The notes beneath the pieces are model-generated. The model made no database searches and was not told the origin of the DNA. It was given only the letters and a program-made list of their open reading frames with translations. The position numbers and the translations under genes are program-made. From Blastocystis sp. Blastoise (taxonomy: Eukaryota; Protista; Bigyra: Opalinata), in the NCBI GenBank assembly GCA_039096225.1, contig JBBPEB010000027.1, forward strand, positions 310,001 to 374,000: a stretch of DNA of 64,000 nucleotides. The letters are read 5' to 3'. This document shows positions 18,759 through 39,049 of the stretch, one piece after another; position 1 is the stretch's first letter; the number at the start of each line of letters is the position of its first letter.

Positions 18759-21700
18759 ATGGAAGAGGATCAAATGAAGACTTTGTTTGAGTCTATTGGC
18801 TTAGATACTAAGACAATTGATAACACTTTAAAGGCTAAGAAGAAGGCTGCTGATTTGTCTGCTGCTATTATTGAAGCTGGAGTTCAGAATGGTTGTGATA
18901 AGGCTGTTGGTAATTTGATGTAAGTGATTTCTTTATTTTTTTCATTTTATTTTTATGAATTTAGTTACAATTGTGTTAATTCTTTCCCTGGATCTTGTCC
19001 TCAACATCGTCCTACTATTTTAAAGATGATTGTTGATGGAAAAATAAAATCTAATTTACAAATCACTGAAACTTTTGCTTATCTTAAGTCATTAGCTGCT
19101 GATGCTCCTATTGATATGCCTCTTTTAGAACAAAAAGCTGGTGTCGGTATCGATGTCACTGCTGATGAAATTGTTGAAGCCGTTAAATCTGTCATCGAAG
19201 AAAACAAACAAGCTCTTCTCTCTGAAAGATATTGTTTCTCTATTCCTAAATTACTGTAAATATATATTTTGTTGTTATATTATTTTATGTTATTTATTAT
19301 TATTATTATATGTTATTTATTATTATTTATTATTATTATTATTATTATTATTTTATGTTATTTATTATGTATATAGTTATGCTTTTAAAGAAGGAAGAAC
19401 AAAATGGGCTGATGGTAAAATGATAAAGGATGAACTTGATAAACAAATTCTTGCTTTATTAGGACCTATTACTGAAGAAGATAAAGCTGTATATATAAAT
19501 TATATTATTTTAATGATATATATATATATTTAATATTCTTTTCATGATATTTTCCAGTATTTTTAATATTCTATATTCTATATTTCATAAAGGCTCAAGC
19601 TGCTAAGAAGACTACTAAGAAGGGTAAGGGAGAGAAGAAGGAAAAGGTTGAAGTTGTAAAGACTGAAGAACCCAAGAGAGAAATTGATGCTTTTGAAGCT
19701 AGAGATTTAGCAAGTGCTAAGAATAGTGAAAAGTTGATTGAAGAGCATTTGAAGGTTACTGGCGGTAAAATCCGTACACGTTTCCCTCCTGAACCTAATG
19801 GTTATATTCATATTGGTCATGCTAAATCTATGTATCTTAACTTTAAGGGAGCTTTCGAAAAAGCAGGAAAGTATATATAAATATATATTTATTAGGATTA
19901 TTTACTTTTGATTTTTTCTTGTTTTTTTAAAAAATAGAATTATTCTATAATATATGATTTTTTTTTGTCAAAAAAATATTTTTATTAGTTTAAATATATA
20001 TATATATATATGTATATATATAGAGAAGGTGAATGTTTATTACGTTTTGATGATACAAATCCTAGTGCTGAGAAAGAAGAGTTTATTGATAATATTATGG
20101 AAGATGTCCATTGGTTAGGCTGGAATCCCGTCAAGATCAACTTCGCCTCAGATAACTTTGATAAATTATATATATATATATATATTATTATATTTATTAT
20201 TATTATTATTATATTTATTATATAGTTATATCAATTTGCTATTCAATTAATTAAAATGGGTAAAGCTTATGTTTGTCATCAAGTATATATATTATATTAT
20301 ATTATATTATATTATATTATATTATATTATATTATATTATATTATATTATATTATATTATATTATATTATATTATATTATATTATATTCTATATATATAT
20401 AGACTGCTGAAGAGATTAAGAAGAGTCGTGAAATCGCTCAAGAAGTCAATTCTGAAGGTGGTCGTAAAGGTATATATATAATAATAATAATAATTATTAT
20501 TATTATTAATATATATATATTATATAGATTTGAATCCTGAATCTCCTTGGAGAAATCGTTCTGTTGAAGAAAATCTTCGTTTATTTGAAGATATGAAGAA
20601 TGGTAAATATGAAGAAGGAGCTGTATATATATATTATTATTATTATTTATTTTTATTATACATTATTATTCATTGTTATTAATATAAACTATTAATTATA
20701 TACTAATAATATACCCTATATAGGCTACTTTAAGAATGAAGATTGATATGCATAATCCTAATCCTTGTATGTGGGATCCCGTTGCTTATCGTATTAAATA
20801 TATACCTCACCCTCACGTAGGAGATAAATGGTGTATATATCCTTCTTATGATTTCCAACATTGTCTTGTTGACTCACTTGAAAATATCGATTATTCTTTA
20901 TGTACACTTGAATTTGAAGTATATTATATTATATTATTATTCTATTATTATATTATATTATTATTATTATATTATTATTATATTATTATATTATTCTATT
21001 ATTATATTATATTATTATTATTCCGTTATTATATTATATCATTTTTATTCTATTATTATATTCTATAATAATCGCTATATAAATAATCTATCTATTTTAT
21101 AGGTTCGTAGAGAGAGTTATTATTGGTTAGTCGATCAATTAAATGTCTGGAGAGCTCATGTATGGGAATTTGGTCGTCTTAATTTAACTAATACTGTTCT
21201 TTCGAAGCGACGTCTGAAGTATATGGTGGAACATCATATAGTACGTGATTGGGATGATCCAAGAATGCCTACTATTAAGGGATTACGTAGAAGAGGTTAT
21301 CCTCCTCAAGCTATTAATAATTTCTGTGAAGATATTTCGGTTACTCGTACAACAACTACAAATATTGATTGGAGTAGATTAGAACATTATGTACGTTTAT
21401 ATCTTGAAGATACCGCCCCACGTGCTTTCTGTGTATTAGATCCAGTAGAATGTATATTAACTAATCTTTCTGATGATCATTTTGAAACTATTACTGCTCC
21501 TCTTTTCCCTAAAGATATTACTAAAGGAAATCGTTCTCTTCCTTTCCAAAAGACTGTCTATATAGATAGAGATGATGTTAAGACTGTTGATGAACCTAAA
21601 TTCTTAGGTATTGCTCCAGGTAAAATTGTCTCTCTTAAATATGCTTATGTTATTAAATGTGATAAAGTAGAAACCGATGAAAATGGTAAAATCACTAAAG

Positions 21701-22291
21701 TCTATGCTACGTATATATTATATGCTATTATTTATATATATTATATATTTTTTAAATATATGCATTTTTATATTATATAAATTTTTATTCAATTAATAGT
21801 ATTCTTTATCATGTATATACCTATATATATATATAGTGTTTTATCTGATGAAGAGAAAGAAAAGCAAGTTGCAGAACATAATAAGAAACTTGGTGCTATT
21901 CATTGGGTCTGTGGTAGTCAATTAAATAAAGCTCCTATAACCGCTGAAATCCGTCTTTATGATTATTTATTCTTAGATCAAAATCCTGCTGTTATTGAAG
22001 ATTGGGTCGAACATATTAATACGAATAGTGAAATTGTTGTTCCTCAAGCTTATATTGAACCTTCTGTTCTTAATTATAATAAGGTATCTATATAAATTAT
22101 TTTATTTTTCTTTAGATATATATATATATATTATAATTACATATTACACTTATTCTCTATATGTTATTCAATATAATATATAGAGAAATGATCATATTCA
22201 ATTTGAGAGACTTGGTTATTTTGCTGTAGATAATGATAGTAGAGCTGCTCATATTATTATTAATCGTACTTGCCAATTAAGATCCAAGTAA
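18759..22291 (+). CDS. QARS1: Glutaminyl-tRNA synthetase, eukaryotic type with N-terminal extension
   Basis: [64 protein letters not shown]. Confidence 0.97.
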
Positions 22292-22616
22292 ATGTGAAGC
22301 ATAAAAGATATATATATTCATTTCTAACGAAGATCTTTTTTTTATATATATATTGTTATTTTTATATAATTCATTTTATTAAAGGTCTATTGTTTGGTTT
22401 GAGTTTTTATTCAAACTTTGTTTTATTTTAGTTATAACAATCATAACTGTTTTTAAAACGACTTTTATTCTTTTAAAATAACAAAAATCAATACAATTTA
22501 TATTGTTTAAGATACAAAAAATTATTTTATAAAACAAATGTGGCATTTATTATATTGAAACAATAAAAGAATAAATGACATATAGGATTATATTTAAATG
22601 AAAAAATATCATTTAT

Positions 22617-23187
22617 TTAATAACTAGCTAATATAATCTTTTCGACATCATCAGGGAATATATTATGATGTTCACCAAGTACAGTCTTTCTTTCATATAA
22701 TCTATATAATATATATATTTTAAGTATAGAAATAATAGAAGATACTTATAAATAATAAAAATTATATATTAATTCTATATCTATACCTTTTTTTGCATTC
22801 TTGAATCCATTCTTTATCTTGAGAAACAGAATAAGCAGATATATGAGTAGGAACTTTCATAATGTTTTCATAAAAATTCTCAAGACATTGAATGCCAGCT
22901 TCAGCTTTTTCTTCTAAAGTACCTTCTATATATTTATATTTGATAATATTATGATATTTTTATTAAGTATCACTATAAATCTAATAATAATAATATATAC
23001 CAGTAATATTGAATACTCTTTCAGCCATTTGAGCTAATTTCTCTTTCTTCTCATTAAACTTATAACGGAATACTCTAGGCTATATATAGATATATATTAT
23101 TGCGAATAACATTATAAAATATAATTAAAAAATATATATACTTGAATACAAGCTAGAGTTTGAGCATGATCCATACCTATATATATA

Positions 23188-23248
<61 letters not shown>

Positions 23249-23251
23249 CAA

Positions 23252-23289
<38 letters not shown>

Positions 23290-23729
23290 GATATACCGAG
23301 GAAAGCAGTAACTTCTTTGCCAATCCAATGAGTGCTCCAGTCTACAGCAACACCACTAGCAATAATACGATTTAAAGCCTATAGGAATTATAATCGATAT
23401 TATTATTTTCCAAAAGAAAAACGAATATAATAAAATGAGTATAATAAAATAAATATAAAAAAATAATAAAAACAATAATAAAAAATAAAAATCAAAAATA
23501 TATACTTGAGTAGCTGCCCACATGACATTAGCACGTGCTTGATAATTCTTAGGATCTGTCATAAGAATGGTACCCTATATTATTAATATATATATATATT
23601 AATTGAAACAATTAATAATATGTATACATTTTCTTTTAATGTAATAAGAAGACCTTCAGCATATCTATCATTGACATCAGCTCCTATATAAACATAATAA
23701 TAATAATAAACATAATAAACATAATAAAC

Positions 23730-23762
<33 letters not shown>

Positions 23763-24546
23763 TATATACCTTGAGGATAAGTAATATATTGTTCTAAAAC
23801 ATGAACCATGGCATCTACAACACCATTAGCAGTTTGATTTGTAGGAAGAGAATAAGTAGTTTCAGGATCACAAATAGATACTTTTGGATAGTTATAATCA
23901 CTCATAAACGATAATTTTAACTATATAAATAATAATTATATTCTATTTTTTTTTCTTTATATCAAAAAAAAAAAACAAATATAATATGATTAATTATATA
24001 TACATTATGTCTTCTCCAACTAATACAACTACCGAAATCCATTTCACTACCAGTCTATATATATAGAAAACGTAAGAATATATATCCTATAAACATATTA
24101 TGACTACTTACAGCAGCAAGAGTAATGACATCAACGATAGGAATAGAGTTGTCTATATATTTTCCAGCGGTTTCAACTAATTCCCAAAGATTTTCAGAAT
24201 GAGTATAAACAGAAGCAGCAGCAATAAATTTAGTACCATCTAAAACAGAACCACCACCAACAGAAAGAAGATAACAGCTATCTGGACCTAATTCTTTAAC
24301 TAAAGCAACACACTTGAGTAAAGTCTCATATTCAGGATTTGGCTCAATTCCCCAGAATTCTTTTATAGTATAACCTTCTAAAGCTTTAATAACTTGATCA
24401 TAAACACCATTTCTCTTGATACTACCACCACCACAAGTCATAACGACTATTTTATCCTTAGGAATGTAATTAGCAAGTTCTTTGATTTGTCCTTTTCCAA
24501 AGACAATACGAGTAGGATTTTGGAAATTGAAATTATCCATAGGCAT
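22617..24546 (-). CDS. Iron-containing alcohol/aldehyde dehydrogenase, YqhD/BdhA-like; 10 exons
   Basis: NPTRIVFGKG, GGGSIKRNG, GIEPNP, VGGGSVLDGTK, TLAATGSE, DAMVHVLEQY, RANVMWAAT, DWSTH..., DHAQTLA. Confidence 0.93.
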
Positions 24547-25244
24547 TTTTAAAGTTTATTTTATCGAAATATAGAGTTTAATAATTAAAAAAATATGCTA
24601 ATTCTATTTTTGTAAACAATAATTTGAAGATACTATGATGCGTCATTAGTCAAAACTGGCTTTTTATTATTCAGAATTTATTTTATTTTAATTAAATAGC
24701 TGAAATCATTATTATTTGAAAAAAATGCCTTCAATTCTATATTTATTGATGGAAAAAGTAGTGTATTATAAGAATAAACTGTCTATAGAGTTGATTATAT
24801 TCGTTTTACAGTTTTATTAACAATATTCTAGACAACCACAAAATAAATAGAATAAAAGAAGAAGAACATAAGAATTACCAATCAAACAGCTTTTTTTTGG
24901 TATTCGATTTTCCCATCGTGATTCGTCATATTCTATCCAGTAAACACAACCTACCCTAAAAACAATTTATTGCGTATCTTTGGTGTCCGCCAAACAGAAC
25001 TTTGAGTAAGGTCTAAACATCAAGAAAGTTTTTCTAAACACCTTGAAAGCCATAAAATATCCATACAAAATGTTTTGTGCTAGACATTTATATCCCAAGA
25101 GAGTCTTCTTTTTCATCTCAATTCAACCACTTTCACTCATTTTTTCATTCCCTCACTACCGTTTTTCATCGGCTTTTCCCATCATCAGTTTTTCCTGATT
25201 TTCTATTTAAAAAAATCAATTTTTAATTATCTTTAAACAAAGCA

Positions 25245-26603
25245 ATGAATTACTTTATCTTCATTTTTTTTATTATACTCTCTTCAGCTGCTTGTCCTAA
25301 GTATTATTATACTCCTTCTGGACAAGAGTCTTGTGTCTATTGCAACGGTGTTGTGTCTACTGGTGAAAATAACCAATCTCTATGTACTCCTTGTGCTGAT
25401 GGATCTTTTGCTTATCATGGTGTATGTGTTTCTGCTACAGAAACTTGTCCTAATGGAATTCCTTATGGTCAAACTTATGAAACGGAGACTGGTTGTGGTA
25501 CTGGCTATTTCGGTATTACTACTGCTTCTTGTATTCAAGTTAATAATGAATGGGTTGATTCTACAGAATATACAAATGGTTGTTTTGGTAATTCTCCTTT
25601 AAATAATGGATATCCTTTAGGTAAATCTGCTGTAAATATGCAATTAGAAATATCTGGAGTAGATCCTAGTGCATTTAATACTGAAGCTAAATTGAATATT
25701 GTATATTCTGTATTAAATGCTTTTCCTTTTGCTATTGCTGATATTCAAATTGGTGGTATTATTAGTGTGAATGCGATTGGTGAAGAGCCTAAAGTTCGTA
25801 TTTACCTTCGTATTGTAACTATGCAAACTTATTATTATATATTCCAGAATTTAGTAACTATAGGAAATGTATATACAACTCCAAGTCAAGATATTACACA
25901 TTATTTAAGAACTAATGGTAAATTATATTTCCATCAAGAAATACAAGCTAGTATTGTATATTGTGATTATATACAAGAACAAATAACTTGTGACACTCCT
26001 ACTGATTTACCTGAAGAATATATTTCTAAAGATTTATTTATTTTAGATGATATCTTATATTATAGTTGTTCTAATTATAATGATGTTGAAAACATAGGAT
26101 TTGCTACACGAAAATGCTCAATTTCTGATAATACTGCTTTATTTACTTCTTTAGAATATTCGAATTGTTATCCTAAATATCCTGCTATTGATTCTGATGT
26201 TGAATATATTGATTTTAAAGTTATATTAAATAAAATACCTTTAGTCTATATAAATTGTAATATTACTTCAGAATTATATCCTTTATTTGTTGAAATAGCA
26301 GGTACAAAATTAAATGATATGTTTATTTATGGATTTAGACCTCATCAAACAGAACAATATTCTACTTCTACTGAAATGAGTATTCGTTATGTAGTTAAAA
26401 AAGATGAAATGCATTTATATGAAACAACAAAAACGATTAAAGAAGTATTAGTCAATCAATTAACTCTTGAAGAATTCAAACCTCTTATTCAAACAATTCG
26501 TGAAAAATTCAATTATTTAGATCCTAGTCGATTCCATGAATTTATGGTCGTTGAAATAAGCGATTTTACTGTGAATGGCATTCCTTTAGAAACTGAAAAT
26601 TAA
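25245..26603 (+). CDS. Intronless secreted Cys-rich hypothetical protein (452 aa)
   Basis: Single ORF with a signal peptide, CxxC-rich N-terminus and two C..G...(R/A).C modules; no clear C-terminal TM segment. Confidence 0.8.
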   Translation: MNYFIFIFFIILSSAACPKYYYTPSGQESCVYCNGVVSTGENNQSLCTPCADGSFAYHGVCVSATETCPNGIPYGQTYETETGCGTGYFGITTASCIQVNNEWVDSTEYTNGCFGNSPLNNGYPLGKSAVNMQLEISGVDPSAFNTEAKLNIVYSVLNAFPFAIADIQIGGIISVNAIGEEPKVRIYLRIVTMQTYYYIFQNLVTIGNVYTTPSQDITHYLRTNGKLYFHQEIQASIVYCDYIQEQITCDTPTDLPEEYISKDLFILDDILYYSCSNYNDVENIGFATRKCSISDNTALFTSLEYSNCYPKYPAIDSDVEYIDFKVILNKIPLVYINCNITSELYPLFVEIAGTKLNDMFIYGFRPHQTEQYSTSTEMSIRYVVKKDEMHLYETTKTIKEVLVNQLTLEEFKPLIQTIREKFNYLDPSRFHEFMVVEISDFTVNGIPLETEN

Positions 26604-26834
26604 AAAAGTGCTTTATTTTTTAAAATTATTCTTGTTTCTTTTATGATTCTTGTTTTGTTTTGTATGACGATTATTAATATATATATAATAATATAAGATT
26701 CTATTGAATAGGATATTTTTAGTTTTTGCGTTTGCTAAGTTGTTTTTGAAATTATTTTCTTGTTTTATGAAACAAAAAAAAAATTATATTGCTTTTATGA
26801 TTTATAAAAAAAAAACTTTAATAAAAATAATAAT

Positions 26835-29009
<2,175 letters not shown>

Positions 29010-29331
29010 TGTATAAATGATTTCTTGAGTCAAAACGTATTTATGCACTTCTATAATAAAGCATGATTTTATTAATAATTCTAATCAAAAGAAAGCATAC
29101 AGAAATTTATTACTAAGCGTATATGAATGAAATCTGTTTTTAATTAAAAAAATGTTATTTCTCTGATTATTTATATCAGTTTCACTTTACTAAAAGAAAT
29201 AATAACGAATCTAAAATAATAAAATACAGAAAAACTAAATTATTCTTTTTTCATTTTATTCTTTATATTTAAATAATCTATTTGTATCTGTTCACATGTA
29301 TTCGATATCTATCACATATATTCATAGAAAA

Positions 29332-29927
29332 ATGCCTAAAATTAGCAAAGATACTTCAATTGATTATTCAACAACTCAATATGAAGCAGAAAATATTATT
29401 AAAGAAAAAGAGACAAAAGTTGTAGCTGCATTGTGGATTATTGGAGTTCTTATCACTTTGGCAGCCACACACTTCTTTAAAATAATTCAGGATCCTTCTC
29501 TTGTTAATATTATGTTTATTCGAATTGGATTCTTCATGTTAGGCTGCTGTTTAGCATTATTCCTATATCTTTCTATATATCTTCCTTATTTCAAAAAGGT
29601 TTATGATGATTGGAATGAATATTGTCCTGTATGTCTTTTTTTCTAATTATTCTTTATATTCTAATATATTATATTTTATTGTCATATAGAATGTCATATA
29701 TGGTATTACAATCTTATCTTCAATCGCTTTCTTAAGGTAACTATTTTTTTTAATATATATATATTTTTTTAGTTCATTCTTTTTATGATTATCATTTTTT
29801 TAATAATTCTATTTCTTATAGTTTTAATATTGGTTTATGGCCTCAATGGGGTCTTCTAACACCTATTCTTCTTGTCTTCTTTTTCACGGGAATTATGATG
29901 ATAAGTCATTTTATACCTTCTTTTTAA
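29332..29927 (+). CDS. TMEM128-like four-TM membrane protein; 3 coding exons
   Basis: Four hydrophobic segments; YLSIYLP..DWNEYCP..GLWPQWGLLTPILL pattern typical of TMEM128. Confidence 0.7.
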
Positions 29928-30211
29928 GTCTATTTCAAATAAGCATATATATATATGATCAATCATAAATCATAAATATATTTATTTTCAATTTTCTTAT
30001 TTCTTTTCTTTCCTTTCATTATTTGTAATTAGAATTATTATGCATAATATATTAGTTGTCTTGTTTTTTAGGTTATGGTGATCATTATTTTCTATAATGA
30101 AAATATAAAATTATTATAATGTATATTATGATTCAAACAATACTATGTAAAAATTCTATTCATATTTTACAGAGGATTATTTTTATTATTAATAAGATAA
30201 AATAATAAATA

Positions 30212-30399
30212 TTAAGGTTTAATAATAACTTCAGGATCATAATTTTTCTTCCATATTTTATAATGATTTGTATGTTTCCAATAATAAAATAAATCAATAA
30301 CTTGTGCTGTTGTCTTAAATGGTAACTATATATATATATATATAGAGAGAGAGAAGAGAATGTATTCATTATTATTACTCATTTATTTTATATATAATG

Positions 30400-30431
<32 letters not shown>

Positions 30432-30600
30432 CTAAAGAAGCTATAGTATGGAAGTCTTTACCAATAACTGAAATAGTACTTTCAAAAACAGCAAATTCAT
30501 AAGGTGTCCAATCCGCTTTATATATATATATAAATTATAATGAAAATAGATTCATTCAAAAATTAAAATAATAGAATAATAACAATAATAATACTAATAA

Positions 30601-30648
<48 letters not shown>

Positions 30649-31397
30649 AATAGGAGAAGACAGAGGTCGTTCATATATATTATTTGATGGAAATGTTGAT
30701 TTATTATTATGATACTATATATATATATATATATATTATTTAATATATATTGGTTATTTAATATATATATATATATGTTATTTAATATATATATACTTGT
30801 TCAGTATCTTTTTCAAAATAAGGAACAATATTATTACTATAATATATATCATCGACAAGTGACTCTAGTTCATTCATTGTTACAGGACGTTTTAAATGAC
30901 CTATACATATATATATAATTAAAATATACATAAAAAAATATATATAATATTATATATATATTCTAAATATATAATATATAAATAATATAGTATATATATA
31001 ATGTATTCCAAAATAAAAGAAATAGCAATTATTACAATAATTATTATCAATAAAATATATCTACTATGTAAAAAAGCTAATATATTTATATATACATCGA
31101 TTTTTAACTTGTTTATAATCTATAATTTCTTCGTTTTTATGCTTTTCATCATTATATCGTTTGAGTTCATGATTGCATTTTGGACAGTAGGAAGCTTTTG
31201 CTCTTCTTTTTTTGTGTTCTGTTGGCAACTTCTCTGTTTTTGAATTTACAGATGTATCTTGCTTTGAAGAAGTCCCACTTTCACTATTACTTTCTGATAT
31301 GACAGACTTGTTTTGTTCATCTTCTTGAATTGTTTCAGTCGCTATAAAACATAAAGAATCTATATGACAAACGAAGAATCAATTTACATTTATTCAT
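30212..31397 (-). CDS. SANT/Myb-domain protein (MIER/MTA/RCOR-type SANT) with an upstream CxxC motif; 6 exons
   Basis: DWTPYEFAVFESTISVIGKDFHTIASLLPFKTTAQVIDLFYYWK; start MNKSTET across a short intron; YCPKCNH upstream. Confidence 0.8.
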
Positions 31398-31891
31398 TGC
31401 ATTAAATGTTTATAGAAAAAACGAACTATAATATATAGAAATGAATCCAAATATTCAAAATATTGAAAATAGTCTTAATTACTAAGATATCAAGAATTAA
31501 TAAATTGAAAAAAAATGAGAAAAAAATAAATTCCAGACAAAATCTGTGTTTGTTCCTGATTATTTTCTCTTTGTATTCATCTCTGTTTTATATTATTTCA
31601 AAAGTATAAATTGCTGTAAATGTGATTTGAATCGTATAAGAAGAAAACATAGAAATGAGAGCACTCGGAAATAAATATATGTATACATAAATAGTTGAGA
31701 AAAATCTATTGATTCCATGATACTATCACTGAAATAAATATTGTGTGCCATATGTAGTTTATTTAAAATAAATCGAAGTGATTAAACACAAATAAAACTA
31801 TATTTACAACAAAACAAAACAAAAAATTGAATAATAATGGGTTAAATAAAAATCTCATGAATTCATATGTATAATACAGAGAGAATCTGAT

Positions 31892-32176
31892 TTAATTTTG
31901 CCATTCTCCAGGAATAGCGGCTTGAGCAGCAACATAGAGATCAGCATTATTTGGAATTTCATACTCTTTTAACGTCTTCAGATTGTCTAGAATATTTCGA
32001 TTATACATCATACGTTGATTCTGAGGTTTCAATTGTCCTTGTTCACTTACCATAATTTTCAAATCACGAATAGTCGTAGTTTCAGGAACATTAAATGTGT
32101 ATTGAAGAGGAGTGACCGTATATAAGTGAACAATAATCGTAAGCATTTGAATTTGTTGAATGGGTGTAGGTTCCAT
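31892..32176 (-). CDS. Stand-alone ubiquitin-like protein without C-terminal di-Gly
   Basis: TTIRDLKIMVSEQGQLKPQNQRMMYNRNILDNLKTLKEYEI matches the ubiquitin fold; ends AIPGEWQN*. Confidence 0.8.
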   Translation of the reverse strand: MEPTPIQQIQMLTIIVHLYTVTPLQYTFNVPETTTIRDLKIMVSEQGQLKPQNQRMMYNRNILDNLKTLKEYEIPNNADLYVAAQAAIPGEWQN

Positions 32177-32515
32177 GTCTATAAGAAAACAATTCAAGAT
32201 GGGATATGAGTAGGATGCCGAGAATACATAGTGCATATATACTTTTTAGTTAATGAGTAAACAGGTGTAGAAATATATTTATAAAAAATAAAAGATTTAT
32301 GAAAAACAAAGGGAAACAAGGCGATAACACGAGATTTTCCTGAAACTGTCTCTTTGAATCAAAATGTTTAAAAAATAGAATAAACGATCTAATATATATT
32401 GTATACATCATTCATATATTTTGATAAATGAAATAGCAAGTATAGAAAAGAATAAGAATAAAAAAGTTTGATAAAGTCAAAGAAAAGTGTTAATTGTTGT
32501 TATAGTTCATCATAT

Positions 32516-33651
32516 TTATGCCCAAACAAACATATCATTGAATTTATCAAGTATGGCATATTTCACTTCTTTTCGTTTTTCTTTAGAACCATTATCTATA
32601 AGAAAACATATCAAATAGTAAGAAAAATGAAAATATGAATAATTACCTTGAAAATTGAGTTCATGAATAAGTTCTGTGCTCTTTGAGCAAAGTATAGATT
32701 GAATATATTCCAAAGAAAAATCAGTTAAATTATTCACTATAGATTCATTTTATAATAGTTGAAGTTATATATATATTTAACATATTTAAAATACATATAT
32801 AATATATTTTTTATATATATAAATTAAAAAAGAAAAATTTAATTTATGTCTTTATATATACGTTTAACGTTAAGAACATTAAGTTTATGTTGATTCTCTA
32901 AAATAGAATTTATAATTGTTTTAAAAGTGTCATCTTCTAATCCACAATCTATATATATATATATATATATTTATGAGAAGGAATAGAATATAGATAGTTT
33001 TACATGTATAATGTTAGAATTATGTTATATATAGAATATAATAATTCATATAATAATTCATTATTTATATATATATACTTGAAATATATATATTTTTAAT
33101 ACAATTTTGTTTATCTTCTTTAATATATTTCGCTAGCATTAAACTACAAGCGTTATCAATTAAGTTTTCTATTTTAGAAACATAATTATATACATATATT
33201 TAGAATATTAAATAGATTCAAATATATATATAATGAATAGATATACCAGAAAAAGCAATAGACTCAATAAAAAGTGAATTTCTTAATAAACTTGAGATTA
33301 ATAATGTTAAACCCTCAATTGTAAATGTATTATCTATATATAGAGTTATTATATATATAAAGTGATTATATATATATATAAAGTGATTATATATATAGAA
33401 AGTGATTATATATACATAAAGTGATTATATATATAGAAAGTGATTATATATATCTATATATACCTTTAATCCATAGTTCTTGTAAGTTATTAAATATCCC
33501 CATACGAACACATTTAAGGAACAATGAAACACAATCATCATTCATATGACATGCTATATATTAATAAGTAATATATATATATATATATATATACAATTGA
33601 ACCCTAATGAAATAATAGTACTGGGGAGTGAAGAAAAAATCTATATATATA

Positions 33652-33701
<50 letters not shown>

Positions 33702-34115
33702 GTTCTTTGCGAAGAATAAATGATGCTAATAATTGCATAATACCCTTAGAAGTAAAGTTATTTTCTATATACATATATATAGTGTTATACTATAAAATAA
33801 TATAATTATACATATACATATATATATATATTTCATTAATATAGAGAATATACTGAATAATATGATACATACCAGAAATAGTAAATAACCGTAATTCTTT
33901 TAGATATGGACAACCGAGTAACTCAATAAGATACGGAACACTATTATCAGTTAACTCATTTCCTATATATATATATAGAATATATAGAAAATATAGAATA
34001 TATAGAATATATATATACTAGCTAAGTTAATTTCCTTAATATAAACATGTTCGTGAATAATATAATTTGTTAACGCAGCTATTCCTTCATCATGAATATT
34101 ATAAGGAGGGTAATC

Positions 34116-34146
<31 letters not shown>

Positions 34147-34153
34147 GCAACAA

Positions 34154-34190
<37 letters not shown>

Positions 34191-34844
34191 TAGCTAAATT
34201 GATTTCATTCGTTTGATTATATTCTCCAGTCATAAATAAATTGTCTTTAAAAATTGTATATATCTCAGTTGATAACGAAGAAACTATATATAATAATAAT
34301 AAACACGATAATAAATATAAAATCAAATATAATAAGCATAATAACCACAATAATAAGCATAATATAAATAACTTACAATATTTATTACAAATCATATCAA
34401 TTGAACTGTCTACATGACATTCTATACTATATATATATAAATTACAATAAACAAATAAATACAGTTGAGATATATCTTCTAAAACATAATTAAATGTGCA
34501 TGAGAGTTCTTCTATTACATTATCTATATCAATACTATGTATTTTCAGGGTCATAATTCCTATACTCACATTTTTAGATATTTTAAACGAATTAAATAAA
34601 AAATACCATTTTTGTCGGTTATATGAAACAATTCAGAAGAATAAACTTTACCATCGTTTGAGTTATAAACTTGAATCGACAAATTATTTTCATATGAAAA
34701 GTCTGGAATTTCAACGATATTTAATTTTTCTGGATCAACTTGTAATCTATATGCATTTCCTTTATATCCTATATACAAATTATATGCATTATCCAAAGGA
34801 ATTCCATCGATTTTAACATTTAAAATAGTTAATGAGTTTGTCAT
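32516..34844 (-). CDS. Ribonuclease-inhibitor-like leucine-rich repeat protein with beta-rich (C2-like) N-terminus
   Basis: Repeated ~28-aa exons (LxxLxLxxNxI/L.D.G) split by phase-1 introns, e.g. IKEINLARNELTD, LQELWIKDNTFTIEG; ends NDMFVWA*. Confidence 0.78.
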
Positions 34845-34934
34845 AATTCAAATATCTATAAAAAAATGTGTTTTAAAAATTATTTTTTAAAAGCAACTTT
34901 GTATTTAAAAAATCAATTCATTAACGATTTTAAC

Positions 34935-39049
<4,115 letters not shown>

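Noticed and set aside
24880-25200. Relatively GC-rich intergenic stretch as a possible ncRNA
   Set aside because: No recognisable snRNA or snoRNA boxes or convincing long stem; more likely promoter or 5' UTR.
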